DNA of 39,613 nucleotides. Origin: an uncultured Spirochaetia bacterium (GTDB lineage Bacteria; Spirochaetota; UBA12135; COTS27; CAZFAK01). Within the stretch, counting starts at the first letter, position 1; each line of letters begins with the position of its first letter. Both the position numbers and the translations under genes were made by a program. The stretch lies in assembly GCA_964517045.1 (NCBI GenBank), contig CAZFAK010000001.1, forward strand, positions 1 through 39,613. The letters run 5' to 3'. Positions 25,811 to 34,782 of the stretch are shown here, piece by piece. The notes beneath the pieces were generated by a model. That model made no database searches. It saw nothing but the letters and a program-made list of their open reading frames with translations, and was not told the DNA's origin.

Positions 25811-27801
25811 TCCGTCTGAATAAAATTCAAAAAAAAGCAGTAGAAACCACTGACTCCCACTTACTGGTTATGGCCGGGGCAGGTTCAGGTAAAACCCGGG
25901 TTATAACCTCTAAAATTATCCATCTTATTAAAAACAAAGGGGTTCCCCCCTATGCTATTCTGGCTATTACTTTTACCAATAAAGCAGCAGATGAGATGAA
26001 AACCAGAGTAAAAGAGGTTCTGTCCAGTACTGACATGCGTCATCTGCAGGTTAGAACCTTTCATTCTTTCGGCGCCATGCTGCTTAGATCTTTTATAAGC
26101 CATCTCCCGCCCTATGACAGCCGTTTCACTATTATAGATCCCGGTGACCAGAAAAAAATTATTAAATCCCTGGCGGAGAAGGCTGTAAAAACCGCACAAA
26201 TAAATTTTATTCTGCAGCTGATCTCCTCCTGGAAAAATGATTTTTTATATCCGGATGCGCCTTTTAAATCTTTTGCCATGTATGATACGGGCAGCAAAGA
26301 GCCCGGCTATTACCGGGAGTGGTATAAAAAATATCAGGACCATCTGCTTAAAAACAATCTGCTTGATTTTGACGACCTGATAGCTCTCCCGGTTCAGCTT
26401 AGCCAAAAAAACAGTGCCTGCAATGATTATTTAAAAAGCCGCTGGCGTTATGTCCTGGTTGATGAATACCAGGACACCAACACCTGCCAGGAAAAAATAA
26501 TACGCCTGTTTTATCAAAACGGAGCCACTATTACAGCTGTCGGTGATGATGACCAGTCTATCTACAGTTTCAGAGGCGCTGATATAACCAATATCCGCTG
26601 TTTTGAAAATAACTATAAAAAAAGCAGTGTTATTCAACTGGAACAAAATTACCGTTCCACCCAGTCTATACTGGATGCTGCCAATGATGTAATTGCCCAT
26701 AACCGGCGCAAATATCAAAAAAAACTTTTTACCAGAAACGAAACGGGCGAATACCCCTCTTTTACTTTTTACTATTCCGACCGTGAAGAAGCAGCGGAAA
26801 CCGCTTTAGAGATACTGAAAGCCAATGACCGCGGCTGTGCTTTTGCGCAGACAGCTGTATTTTACCGCACCAATTATCAGTCGCGTCTGCTGGAGGAAAA
26901 TCTCATTCAAAAAAAAATTCCTTATCAAATTATAGGCGGCTACAAGTTTTTTGAAAGAAAAGAGATCAAAGATATAATAAGTTACCTTAATGTTTTGGCG
27001 AACAAACGCGACTCACTTTCTTTGCAGCGCATTATCAATTTTCCACCGCGCGGTATAGGCAAAAAAACCGTAACCAGACTAATAAATTTTGCTGCTGACA
27101 GACAACTTACGCTTATGCAGGCTTTCAGTCAGAGCCGCTCCTGCAAACTGCTCCCTGCCAAAACCCAGCGTAAGATTGATAAATTTAGCGAGCTTATAAA
27201 TAAACTGGAAAAAGATATGCAGCGGCACTCCCTGGTCGGATTTATGAAGTTACTTCTCCAAAAAACCATGCTCTTCCCCTTCTACCAACAGCTCCCTGAT
27301 AAAAACGAAGCTAATGAAAGATGTGAGAATATTTTCCAGCTGCTTGAGGCAGCAGGAGAATTTGCTGAAAACAATAAAACAAACAGCCTACCGCAGTTTC
27401 TCGAGCATATCTCCCTGCATACAGCCCAGGATGAAATGGCGCAGCAGGATACAGTAAAACTTATGACTGTACATAATGCCAAGGGGCTGGAATTTGATAC
27501 AGTATTTGTAACCGGTATGGAAGAAAACACTTTCCCGCATATTCTGTCCATTGACGATCCGGATGAAACAGAAGAAGAACGGCGTCTTTTCTATGTGGCC
27601 ATGACCAGAGCCCGTAAAAATCTTTTTCTTTCCGGAGCAGGTGAAAGAAAACAGTACGGAAGGTCCAAATATCTTTTTCCGTCACGGTTTATAAGAGAAA
27701 TTGACAGAAATCATTTTAAATATTATAATGATATATCGCGTATAGATAACAAAGAAAACATGGAAGATTATTTTGTTATTGATCAACATGAATATTTCTA
27801 A
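25807..27801 (+). CDS. UvrD/Rep/PcrA-family ATP-dependent DNA helicase
   Basis: The 664-aa ORF has Walker A AGAGSGKT, motif II VLVDEYQDTN, VHNAKGLEFDTVFV and RRLFYVAMTRARK. It has an ATGA overlap with the upstream gene. Confidence 0.92.
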   Translation: MIRLNKIQKKAVETTDSHLLVMAGAGSGKTRVITSKIIHLIKNKGVPPYAILAITFTNKAADEMKTRVKEVLSSTDMRHLQVRTFHSFGAMLLRSFISHLPPYDSRFTIIDPGDQKKIIKSLAEKAVKTAQINFILQLISSWKNDFLYPDAPFKSFAMYDTGSKEPGYYREWYKKYQDHLLKNNLLDFDDLIALPVQLSQKNSACNDYLKSRWRYVLVDEYQDTNTCQEKIIRLFYQNGATITAVGDDDQSIYSFRGADITNIRCFENNYKKSSVIQLEQNYRSTQSILDAANDVIAHNRRKYQKKLFTRNETGEYPSFTFYYSDREEAAETALEILKANDRGCAFAQTAVFYRTNYQSRLLEENLIQKKIPYQIIGGYKFFERKEIKDIISYLNVLANKRDSLSLQRIINFPPRGIGKKTVTRLINFAADRQLTLMQAFSQSRSCKLLPAKTQRKIDKFSELINKLEKDMQRHSLVGFMKLLLQKTMLFPFYQQLPDKNEANERCENIFQLLEAAGEFAENNKTNSLPQFLEHISLHTAQDEMAQQDTVKLMTVHNAKGLEFDTVFVTGMEENTFPHILSIDDPDETEEERRLFYVAMTRARKNLFLSGAGERKQYGRSKYLFPSRFIREIDRNHFKYYNDISRIDNKENMEDYFVIDQHEYF

Positions 27802-28180
27802 ATATAAAATATTGATTTATCTCACCAGTCTGCTGCTGCTTTTAAACTGTCATACCATAACCGATAAATTCAGCAAACCCTCTGTAAATAATTTTTCCGA
27901 ACTGCAGAAAGTAAAACAAAAATATTTAATTATCAACCGAACCGCTTTGGACTTTAAGATCCTCAACGGCATTAAAGAAGCTGCCGTTGCTATAAACAAA
28001 ACCATTCCCCTGCTTATAAAAAAACTCCGGCAAGATCAGCGCCGCTATAAAAAATATCAAAAATATTTACAAGAGATGATCCTTATAAATGAACAAATTC
28101 TAAAACATGCCCGGAGCAATAACCTTAATATGGTGCAAACAAAAGTAAAAGAGTGGCAAAAATATAAAGTTTTATTTTAG
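27788..28180 (+). CDS. Small secreted protein or putative lipoprotein, function unknown
   Basis: I prefer the ATG at 27788 over the TTG at 27773. The signal-like N-terminus ends in LLLLNC. The ORF overlaps the helicase 3' end by 14 nt. Confidence 0.5.
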   Translation: MNISKYKILIYLTSLLLLLNCHTITDKFSKPSVNNFSELQKVKQKYLIINRTALDFKILNGIKEAAVAINKTIPLLIKKLRQDQRRYKKYQKYLQEMILINEQILKHARSNNLNMVQTKVKEWQKYKVLF

Positions 28181-28214
28181 TACTCTTAAAATATTTAAGA
28201 AAACAGTTTATCTG

Positions 28215-29456
28215 TTAAAGGTCTTTCCATTTCTCTCTTTTTCTGATAATATAAAGTCTGTCATTTATACGGACTTTTCTGCTTACAGTAAAGGTAGCCC
28301 TCTGTCCCTGTTTGACTGTCTGCTGCTTACAGCCGTCACCTCTGAGATTTTTAATTTTACCGGAGAGAACACCGGTAGTATCCCCTGTAATTACAAACTT
28401 TTCTCCCTCTTTTACAGGCGTAGCTGTTATGCTGATCTCGACAACTTTAAGCTTACTGTAAAAATGAACTACTTTACCGCTGAATATTTTTTTTTCTACA
28501 GCATGACTGCCGTAACGGTTGGCCAGGTTAGTACATTTATTACCCAGATAATAACCGCCTTCCAGCCCCCGGTTAAAAACTGTTTTTAGTTCTTCAAGCC
28601 ATTCGCTGACCCTGGCTGCCGTATAACCGTTTTGCCTCAAAGCTTCTACTGCTGCTTTATAAACCGCTACCGTCTTTTTAACGTAAAGAGCATCCCGGCC
28701 CCGGCCTTCTATTTTAAGCACAGAAACTCCTGCTTTTTTGATACGGTCCAGAATGTCAATGGTGCAGATATCCTGTGCGGAAAAAAGATACCCGTTTTGC
28801 AGCCGCATCTCCTGTCCGGTTTCCTCGTTTATTACCCGGTACTTAAAGCGGCAGCTTTGCAGACACAGACCACGGTTGGCTGAAGCATTGTACTGATACA
28901 GGGACATGCCGCAGCGCCCGCCGGCAGAGATACAAAGCGCACCATGGGCAAATATCTCGATTTTAAGCAATTCCCCGGACGGGCCGCGCAGATCATCTTT
29001 TTTAATACGCGCGGTAATATCTTTTATCATACCCAGGTCCAGTTCCCTGGCCAAAACTATTACATCAGCATACTGCGCCCAGAATTTTACAGCTTCGTAA
29101 TTGGCTACCGAAAGCTGAGTGGAAATATGAACCGGTATACGACATTGGCGGCAATATTGTATAACAGCTATATCAGAAGCTATTACAGCATCGATTCCAC
29201 TCCGGGCTGCTTTGTTAATGATCTCTTTTATCTTTTCTGTTTCCTTATTATAAAAAATAATATTAAGAGTAAGATAAGTTTTAACACCGGCAGACCGGGC
29301 CAGTGCTACAGCTTCAGCCAGCTGGGCCGGGGAAAAATTATTGCCGGAGCGGGCGCGCATATTAAGGCCTTTCAGCCCCAGATATACACTGTCTGCTCCT
29401 GCCTGTAAAGCAGCCTGTAAAGCAGCCATGGATCCGGCCGGGGCAGTTATTTCCAT
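28215..29456 (-). CDS. Peptidase U32 family protein (Fe-S-type Cys motif)
   Basis: The 413-aa ORF begins MEITAPAGSMAALQAALQAGADSVYLG. EIFAHGALCISAGGRCGMS matches the U32 signature pattern exactly, followed by NRGLCLQSCR. Confidence 0.88.
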   Translation of the reverse strand: MEITAPAGSMAALQAALQAGADSVYLGLKGLNMRARSGNNFSPAQLAEAVALARSAGVKTYLTLNIIFYNKETEKIKEIINKAARSGIDAVIASDIAVIQYCRQCRIPVHISTQLSVANYEAVKFWAQYADVIVLARELDLGMIKDITARIKKDDLRGPSGELLKIEIFAHGALCISAGGRCGMSLYQYNASANRGLCLQSCRFKYRVINEETGQEMRLQNGYLFSAQDICTIDILDRIKKAGVSVLKIEGRGRDALYVKKTVAVYKAAVEALRQNGYTAARVSEWLEELKTVFNRGLEGGYYLGNKCTNLANRYGSHAVEKKIFSGKVVHFYSKLKVVEISITATPVKEGEKFVITGDTTGVLSGKIKNLRGDGCKQQTVKQGQRATFTVSRKVRINDRLYIIRKREKWKDL

Positions 29457-29590
29457 ATTAATATTACTCCTGCTTCCCGGATTATTGTTTGCATTTCCGC
29501 TTTCACCGCTATAACCTGTAAAGATTATATTATCATAATTAAAAATAGTAAATTATTTTATCAGATAGTAAAACATTTGTAAAGTTATCA

Positions 29591-29599
29591 TGATAAAAT
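29591..29599 (+). promoter_or_regulatory. Putative extended -10 element TGaTAAAAT abutting the AEC transporter start codon
   Basis: TG lies at 29591..29592 and TAAAAT at 29594..29599. The A of the ATG at 29606 is the 7th nt after the -10. There is no Shine-Dalgarno and no clear -35. Confidence 0.3.
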
Positions 29600-29605
29600 T
29601 AAAAC

Positions 29606-31102
29606 ATGTCAACCCTGCCCCTAATTCTGCCCCTGTTTCTGCTTATTTTCCTGGGCTATTTTTTTAAAAAAACCGGCTTTTTAACTAACAGTTTCCGGGA
29701 AGAAATGCACAAACTTGTTTATTATATAACCCTGCCTGCACTGCTTTTTAAAACCGGTTCCGGCCTTGAACTGGGCAAGGTACTGCAGCCGGTACTGTTT
29801 ACTGCTTATCCCATAGCTGTGCTGATCACCTGTCTGCTGGCTGGCCTCTACAGTTTCTTTTTACGGCCCGGACAGCGTCCTGCTTTTATCCAGGGAAGTT
29901 TCCGCTCCAATCTCGGTTATCTCGGCGTACCACTGGTTATAGAACTGCTGGGAGAAGAAGCTTCCGGATACGCTGCTGTCATTCTGGGCGTAGGCGTAAT
30001 AATAAACTCGGTGATTGCTATTTTACTTTTTTCTTTTACTAATAAAGAGAAAGGAAGCGGATTAAAGCTGCAAAAGTTAACAGATATTGTTAAAAACCCC
30101 CTTATAATTGCCATAACTGCCGGTTTCATTTTTTCCATGCTGCGTATACCGCTGCCCGGCATGCTAGATAAAACACTAACGATGTTAGCTGAACTCAGTC
30201 TGACTTCAATTTTAATACTGATAGGATTATCCCTCTCATTTGGTAATATTAAAAATTATCTGTTTACTGATCTTGCCGGAGCCCTGCTCAAGATGGCTTT
30301 AATGCCGCTGACTGCCTACTGGCTGCTGCAGGCTTTAACAGACAATGTAATGATCATTAAAACCGGAGTACTGCTGGCTGCCATGCCTACAGCTGTAGTT
30401 TCCTTTATTTTTGCCAAAGAATTCAAGTCAGATACTGATTTAACTATCTCCATGGTTAATTTTAATACACTGGCTGCTATTATACTGATTCCCTTAACCT
30501 TTTTTCTTTTGAATAACTGTACTGCGCCTGAACACCGAAAAACCTCTTATAATGATGCGTTTTACCAGGCTGACCTGGTTAAAACTTTTTCCTTAAGCCG
30601 ACATTTTACAACCAATACGGTTTCAGCCGCATCAGACCGGCTGCATTATGTTTTTACCAAAACCAATAAGCACCGGGATACTTTTCAGGATGTTTTTAAT
30701 CATATCTATTTTGCCGGGGATACTCTGGCTTTTAAAGTACTATATAAAGAGAAACCGGCTGTACCGCCGGATTGCTATTACTTAACCTGCCGGCAGCAGC
30801 ATATACCTGTTGTACGCAAAGCCTACTTAAATTTAAAAAAGAAAGAGTTTTTAGCCAAATACCGCAGCTCTGTCTATCCAATGGAAAGAGTGGAACATCT
30901 GCAGCGCGGTTATATGAACACCGGTTTTTCACTGGTCGGCAGCATTCTGGAAAAAAATTACGCCGCAAAATTATCACGCCCTTTCCGGCAGAAAGATTTT
31001 TCGCCGCTACAGACCGTTATTTACCTGTCACTTGCCCCGCAGCAAAAAATATTTTTCTGTCCGGTGCATTTTACTGTAAAAATAAATTTTATAAATGAAT
31101 AA
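29606..31102 (+). CDS. AEC (auxin efflux carrier) family transporter with a ~190-aa non-membrane C-terminal extension
   Basis: The first ~305 aa are typical AEC (LPLILPLFLLIFLGYFFKKTGFL..., about 10 TM helices). The remaining ~190 aa are hydrophilic with no internal stop codon. Confidence 0.8.
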   Translation: MSTLPLILPLFLLIFLGYFFKKTGFLTNSFREEMHKLVYYITLPALLFKTGSGLELGKVLQPVLFTAYPIAVLITCLLAGLYSFFLRPGQRPAFIQGSFRSNLGYLGVPLVIELLGEEASGYAAVILGVGVIINSVIAILLFSFTNKEKGSGLKLQKLTDIVKNPLIIAITAGFIFSMLRIPLPGMLDKTLTMLAELSLTSILILIGLSLSFGNIKNYLFTDLAGALLKMALMPLTAYWLLQALTDNVMIIKTGVLLAAMPTAVVSFIFAKEFKSDTDLTISMVNFNTLAAIILIPLTFFLLNNCTAPEHRKTSYNDAFYQADLVKTFSLSRHFTTNTVSAASDRLHYVFTKTNKHRDTFQDVFNHIYFAGDTLAFKVLYKEKPAVPPDCYYLTCRQQHIPVVRKAYLNLKKKEFLAKYRSSVYPMERVEHLQRGYMNTGFSLVGSILEKNYAAKLSRPFRQKDFSPLQTVIYLSLAPQQKIFFCPVHFTVKINFINE

Positions 31103-32015
31103 CCAAAAAACAGACCGGGAGCAAAAAAGAGCATTGTTATACAGTCTGCTGGGAGACCTTCCCGCACCGCCTGCGGTTATCAAAGAGGTAAGCAAAAAAG
31201 CAACTGCGCCAAAAAAATATCTACTTGAAGAACTTTCGCTTAAACTTAACCCCGGCGATCCGGTAGATGCTTTTTTTGTAAAACCCCTGGATACCGAGGG
31301 TAAACTGCCCACGGTTATTTTTTCACATACGCATGGCGGTGTGTACCAGCTTGGTAAAAGTGAACTTTTAAAATCCATACCCTCCATGTGTAAAACACCC
31401 TATGCTGAAGCCTTGACCGGCCTGGACTGTAATATTATTGCCATTGACCATCTTGGTTTTGAAAGCCGCAGTCAAAGAACTGAAACAGATATTTTCAAGG
31501 AAAAACTCTGGTACGGACAAAACTTGTGGGGACTTATGGTATATGACTCGTTACGGATTGTTGATTATCTGCACCAACGTCCGGATGTGGATACTGACCG
31601 CATAGCAGCCCTGGGCATGTCAATGGGATCTACCATGTCATGGTGGCTGACAGCCCTGGATAAAAGAGTAAAGCTCTGCATAGATATCTGTTGTCTTACT
31701 GATTTTACCACTTTGCTGCAAAACAATGACCTTAAAGAACACGGTATTTATTATTATGTACCGGCTTTATTAAAATATTTTTCAACCGCTGATATCAACA
31801 GTCTGATCGCGCCGCGGGCCCACCTGGCCCTTGCCGGTATCTATGATAAACTTACACCTGTAAAAGGTCTGGATATAATAGATAATAAATTAAAAAAAAT
31901 ATATCAAGACTGCGGCGCGGAAAACAACTGGCGTTTATCCAGATACAAATGCGCTCATCAGGAGACGGAGGCCATGCGCCGGGAAATTATTAATTTTATT
32001 AAAAGTAAACTATGA
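31095..32015 (+). CDS. Alpha/beta hydrolase (dienelactone hydrolase / acetyl-xylan-esterase-like)
   Basis: The 306-aa ORF has the nucleophile elbow GMSMGS and a late His (CAHQE). It has an 8-nt ATGAATAA overlap with the upstream ORF. Confidence 0.8.
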   Translation: MNNQKTDREQKRALLYSLLGDLPAPPAVIKEVSKKATAPKKYLLEELSLKLNPGDPVDAFFVKPLDTEGKLPTVIFSHTHGGVYQLGKSELLKSIPSMCKTPYAEALTGLDCNIIAIDHLGFESRSQRTETDIFKEKLWYGQNLWGLMVYDSLRIVDYLHQRPDVDTDRIAALGMSMGSTMSWWLTALDKRVKLCIDICCLTDFTTLLQNNDLKEHGIYYYVPALLKYFSTADINSLIAPRAHLALAGIYDKLTPVKGLDIIDNKLKKIYQDCGAENNWRLSRYKCAHQETEAMRREIINFIKSKL

Positions 32016-32725
32016 ATAAAAAAAAAATAAAAAAAAATATATGCCATACCGGATACAAAATATGGCAGAAGGGGTGGTGCGCTGCCAATGACGGTAATAT
32101 TACCGTAAAAATAAAACCGGATAAATTTCTGGCTACTGCCAGCGGTATAAGCAAAGGCTCGCTCAAGCCGGCAATGGTTCTGGCAGTCAATCAAAAAGGA
32201 GCCGCGTTTAAAAAAAACAAATACCGGGTTACCAGTGAAATCAAAGTACACATGGCTGTATATAACAAAATACCGCAATGCAATGCTGTTATTCACAGCC
32301 ACTCTCCCTATGCTACTGTCTGGGCAGTGGCCGGTCAGCCCCTGCCGGAAGCGCTCTACCCGGAAGCGGAAATAATGCTGGGGCGGGTAGAGTTGGCCCC
32401 TTATGCTCTGCAGTCAACAGCTGCCCTTGCTGATAAGACAGCTGCTGTTATGAGCCGGGATACGGGCGCGGTTTTAATGGCTAATCACGGCTGTCTGACC
32501 TGCGGCCGCAGTCTTGCGCAGGCTTATGAACGCCTGGAAGTTTTGGAGTCCTATTGCCGTCTGCTCATACTGTTAAAAAAGACGGGCAAGGCAGTACTGC
32601 TCTCCGAAGAGGAGATCAGCCGGCTTATTACTCTCAAAAAAAAACTCGGCTTTAGAGAAAACCGAAATGCAGCTGAAATTCTGAACTCTGCCCGCCAAAA
32701 ACTAAGTAGTTTTTTAAATGAGTAA
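32012..32725 (+). CDS. Class II aldolase/adducin-family protein (fuculose-phosphate-aldolase-like)
   Basis: The 237-aa ORF has NDGNITVK, VIHSHSPYAT and MANHG motifs. It has an ATGA overlap with the upstream gene. Confidence 0.85.
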   Translation: MNKKKIKKNICHTGYKIWQKGWCAANDGNITVKIKPDKFLATASGISKGSLKPAMVLAVNQKGAAFKKNKYRVTSEIKVHMAVYNKIPQCNAVIHSHSPYATVWAVAGQPLPEALYPEAEIMLGRVELAPYALQSTAALADKTAAVMSRDTGAVLMANHGCLTCGRSLAQAYERLEVLESYCRLLILLKKTGKAVLLSEEEISRLITLKKKLGFRENRNAAEILNSARQKLSSFLNE

Positions 32726-32894
32726 CAAATTAATATGATCCTGTAAAATCCTGTTTGAATAATAAACAGCAAAAAAACAGGAAATAGCCACTGTAGACTG
32801 GTATCTGCATATTGCCGCCGGTCAACTTCCGCCTCAGGTGCTCGGTTAGACAATATGTTTGAAGCCAAGGCCGGCCGGAGCACCGGTATCCGCT

Positions 32895-32946
32895 TTTGGT
32901 TTTAACAGAAATACACAAGCAGGGTAGCGCTTTCCTGATTCCCTTT
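32895..32946 (+). repeat. Intergenic repeat, copy B; near-identical to 1..52
   Basis: 49 of 52 positions are identical to the window start in the same orientation, with gapped similarity to about 32975. It lies about 118 nt upstream of the fabG ATG. Confidence 0.8.
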
Positions 32947-33063
32947 AGCAAACAAAGAAGACAGATAAAATTGCCAAAAACACTATCCATTTGAAAAAAA
33001 TAACAATATAAGGTAAATTTCTATATTAAAATAAAATTGTTCAAGCAAAATCAAGGAGCTTTT

Positions 33064-33804
33064 ATGAATAGATTAAATGGTAAAACAGCTGTAATTACCG
33101 GTTCGGCAAGAGGTATCGGCAAAGAGATTGCCCGCAAATATAAAGAGAACGGTGCCAAAATAGTAATATCAGATATAGATGAGGAGATGGCCCGGGCCAC
33201 GGCTGCTGAATTAGGCGGGGGTACTATTGCTCTGTCCTGTAATGTAACCAATAAAGATGATGTAGCAAAACTGATAAACGACAGCAAAGCTGAATTCGGT
33301 TCGGTTGATATTGTTGTAAATAACGCCGGCATAACCAAAGACGGACTTTTTATCAGGATGAAAGAAGCAGACTGGGACAGTGTCCTGTCTATCAACCTGA
33401 AAGGAACCTTCCTTACCTCCCAGGCCGCAGCTCAGGTCATGATGAAACAGCGTTCCGGTAAAATTGTAAACATTGCTTCCGTATCCGGGCTTTTCGGCAA
33501 TGCAGGACAGGCCAACTACGCCTCTTCCAAAGCCGGTATTGTGGGACTGACCAAAGTTATGGCCCGGGAACTGGCCGGCCGCGGCATTAATGTTAATGCT
33601 ATTGCCCCCGGTTTTATAGAAAGCGATATGACAGACAAACTTTCGGAAAAAGTTAAAACAGCAATAAAGGAACAGATACCCTTTAAAAAAATGGGATCTG
33701 TAAATGATATTGCCAATACAGCTTTGTTTCTGGCTTCAGATGAATCTTCTTATATAACAGGCCAGACCATAGCTGTGTGCGGTGGTTTAACCATGCAGTC
33801 TTAG
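33064..33804 (+). CDS. fabG: 3-oxoacyl-[acyl-carrier-protein] reductase
   Basis: I prefer the ATG at 33064 (AAGGAG at 33053..33058) over the TTG at 33037. The SDR motifs TGSARGIGKEIA, NNAGI and YASSKAG are present. Confidence 0.9.
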   Translation: MNRLNGKTAVITGSARGIGKEIARKYKENGAKIVISDIDEEMARATAAELGGGTIALSCNVTNKDDVAKLINDSKAEFGSVDIVVNNAGITKDGLFIRMKEADWDSVLSINLKGTFLTSQAAAQVMMKQRSGKIVNIASVSGLFGNAGQANYASSKAGIVGLTKVMARELAGRGINVNAIAPGFIESDMTDKLSEKVKTAIKEQIPFKKMGSVNDIANTALFLASDESSYITGQTIAVCGGLTMQS

Positions 33805-33837
33805 CTCACCGCTCCTATTATACACAAAGGAAACAAA

Positions 33838-34782
33838 ATGGAACAAGTTGTTATTATCGGCTCCGGCCCTGCCGGACATACGGCAGCTATCTATACAGGG
33901 CGGGCCGGGTTAAAACCGCTCCTCTATGAAGGAATGATGGCCGGCGGCATTGCCCCCGGCGGACAGCTTACAACAACTACCGAGATTGAAAACTTTCCCG
34001 GTTTTCCCGACGGTATAGACGGTATGGAACTAATGAACCGTTTACGTACGCAATCGGAAAAATACGGGAGCCGTATCATTACCAAAACTGTTGACCGCGT
34101 AGCTCTTTCTTCCGAACCGCTTGTCGTTTACACGGGCGAAGAAAAAACAGAAACGCGTACTATCATCATTGCGACCGGGGCTACAGCCAGACGGCTTAAT
34201 GTTCCCGGCGAAAAAAAATTATGGAATAAAGGTATTTCAGCCTGTGCTGTCTGCGATGGTGCGCTTCCCATTTTCCGCAATAAAGAGCTGTATGTCATAG
34301 GAGGAGGAGATACTGCCTGTGAAGAAGCATTACACCTTACTAAATTTGCCGCTATGGTTTATATAGTACACCGCCGTGATCAGCTACGCGCCGGAAAAGC
34401 CATGCAGGATAAAGTATTGAACCATAAAAAAATAAAAATAATATGGGATACAGTACTGCAGGAAGTAAAAGGCGAATCCAAACTGGAAACTGTAGTCCTC
34501 AAAAATCTAAAAACAGCTGAGATTACCCAACCGCCTGCCGCCGGTCTCTTTTACGGAATAGGCCATATCCCCAACACTGCTTTTATAAACGGGCAACTGG
34601 ACATGGATGAAAAAGGTTACATCAATACCAAACCCGGTACAACGCGTGCCAGCAGGCCGGGCGTATTCGCAGCCGGAGATGTACAGGATAGTTATTACAG
34701 ACAGGCTGTTACTTCTGCAGGTACCGGATGTATGGCAGCTCTGGAAGCAGAAGCCTATTTAAGCGATAAGGGTTTTATCTGA
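33838..34782 (+). CDS. trxB: Thioredoxin-disulfide reductase
   Basis: The 314-aa ORF has the FAD motif IIGSGPAGHTAAIY, the redox centre CAVCDG and the NADPH motif GGGDTACEEA. Confidence 0.93.
   Translation: MEQVVIIGSGPAGHTAAIYTGRAGLKPLLYEGMMAGGIAPGGQLTTTTEIENFPGFPDGIDGMELMNRLRTQSEKYGSRIITKTVDRVALSSEPLVVYTGEEKTETRTIIIATGATARRLNVPGEKKLWNKGISACAVCDGALPIFRNKELYVIGGGDTACEEALHLTKFAAMVYIVHRRDQLRAGKAMQDKVLNHKKIKIIWDTVLQEVKGESKLETVVLKNLKTAEITQPPAAGLFYGIGHIPNTAFINGQLDMDEKGYINTKPGTTRASRPGVFAAGDVQDSYYRQAVTSAGTGCMAALEAEAYLSDKGFI

Noticed and set aside
28187-28201. An AT-rich palindrome CTTAAA-ATA-TTTAAG between the convergent genes at 28180 and 28215 could be a bidirectional terminator.
   Set aside because: The stem is 6 bp with a single G-C pair and has negligible predicted stability.
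30772-31098. A 108-aa alternative-frame ORF overlaps the AEC tail and could indicate a frameshifted gene.
   Set aside because: Its translation is Cys/Arg-rich with no recognisable motif, whereas the annotated frame carries the hydrolase-like motifs.
32855-32905. A 16-codon micro-ORF (MFEAKAGRSTGIRFWF) has a stop codon inside repeat copy B. The FWF-stop codons are also present at the very start of the window.
   Set aside because: There is no RBS, the ORF is very short, and the conserved part covers only the last 3 codons. The conservation is better explained at the nucleotide or RNA level.
1-32946. The direct repeats at 1..52 and 32895..32946 could be attL/attR of an integrated ~33-kb element.
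   Set aside because: The intervening DNA is full of housekeeping genes (gcvPHT, lepB, PBP, pckG, helicase). It has no integrase, recombinase or phage/conjugation genes, and no tRNA target is visible.
33037-33063. The ORF-track alternative starts are TTG 33037 for fabG, GTG 13793, TTG 27773, TTG 3707 and TTG 24414.
   Set aside because: In each case a downstream ATG gives a family-typical N-terminus. A properly spaced GGAG-type RBS supports this for fabG, 13799 and 3722, while 27788 has none. The upstream extensions are artefacts of taking the longest ORF.
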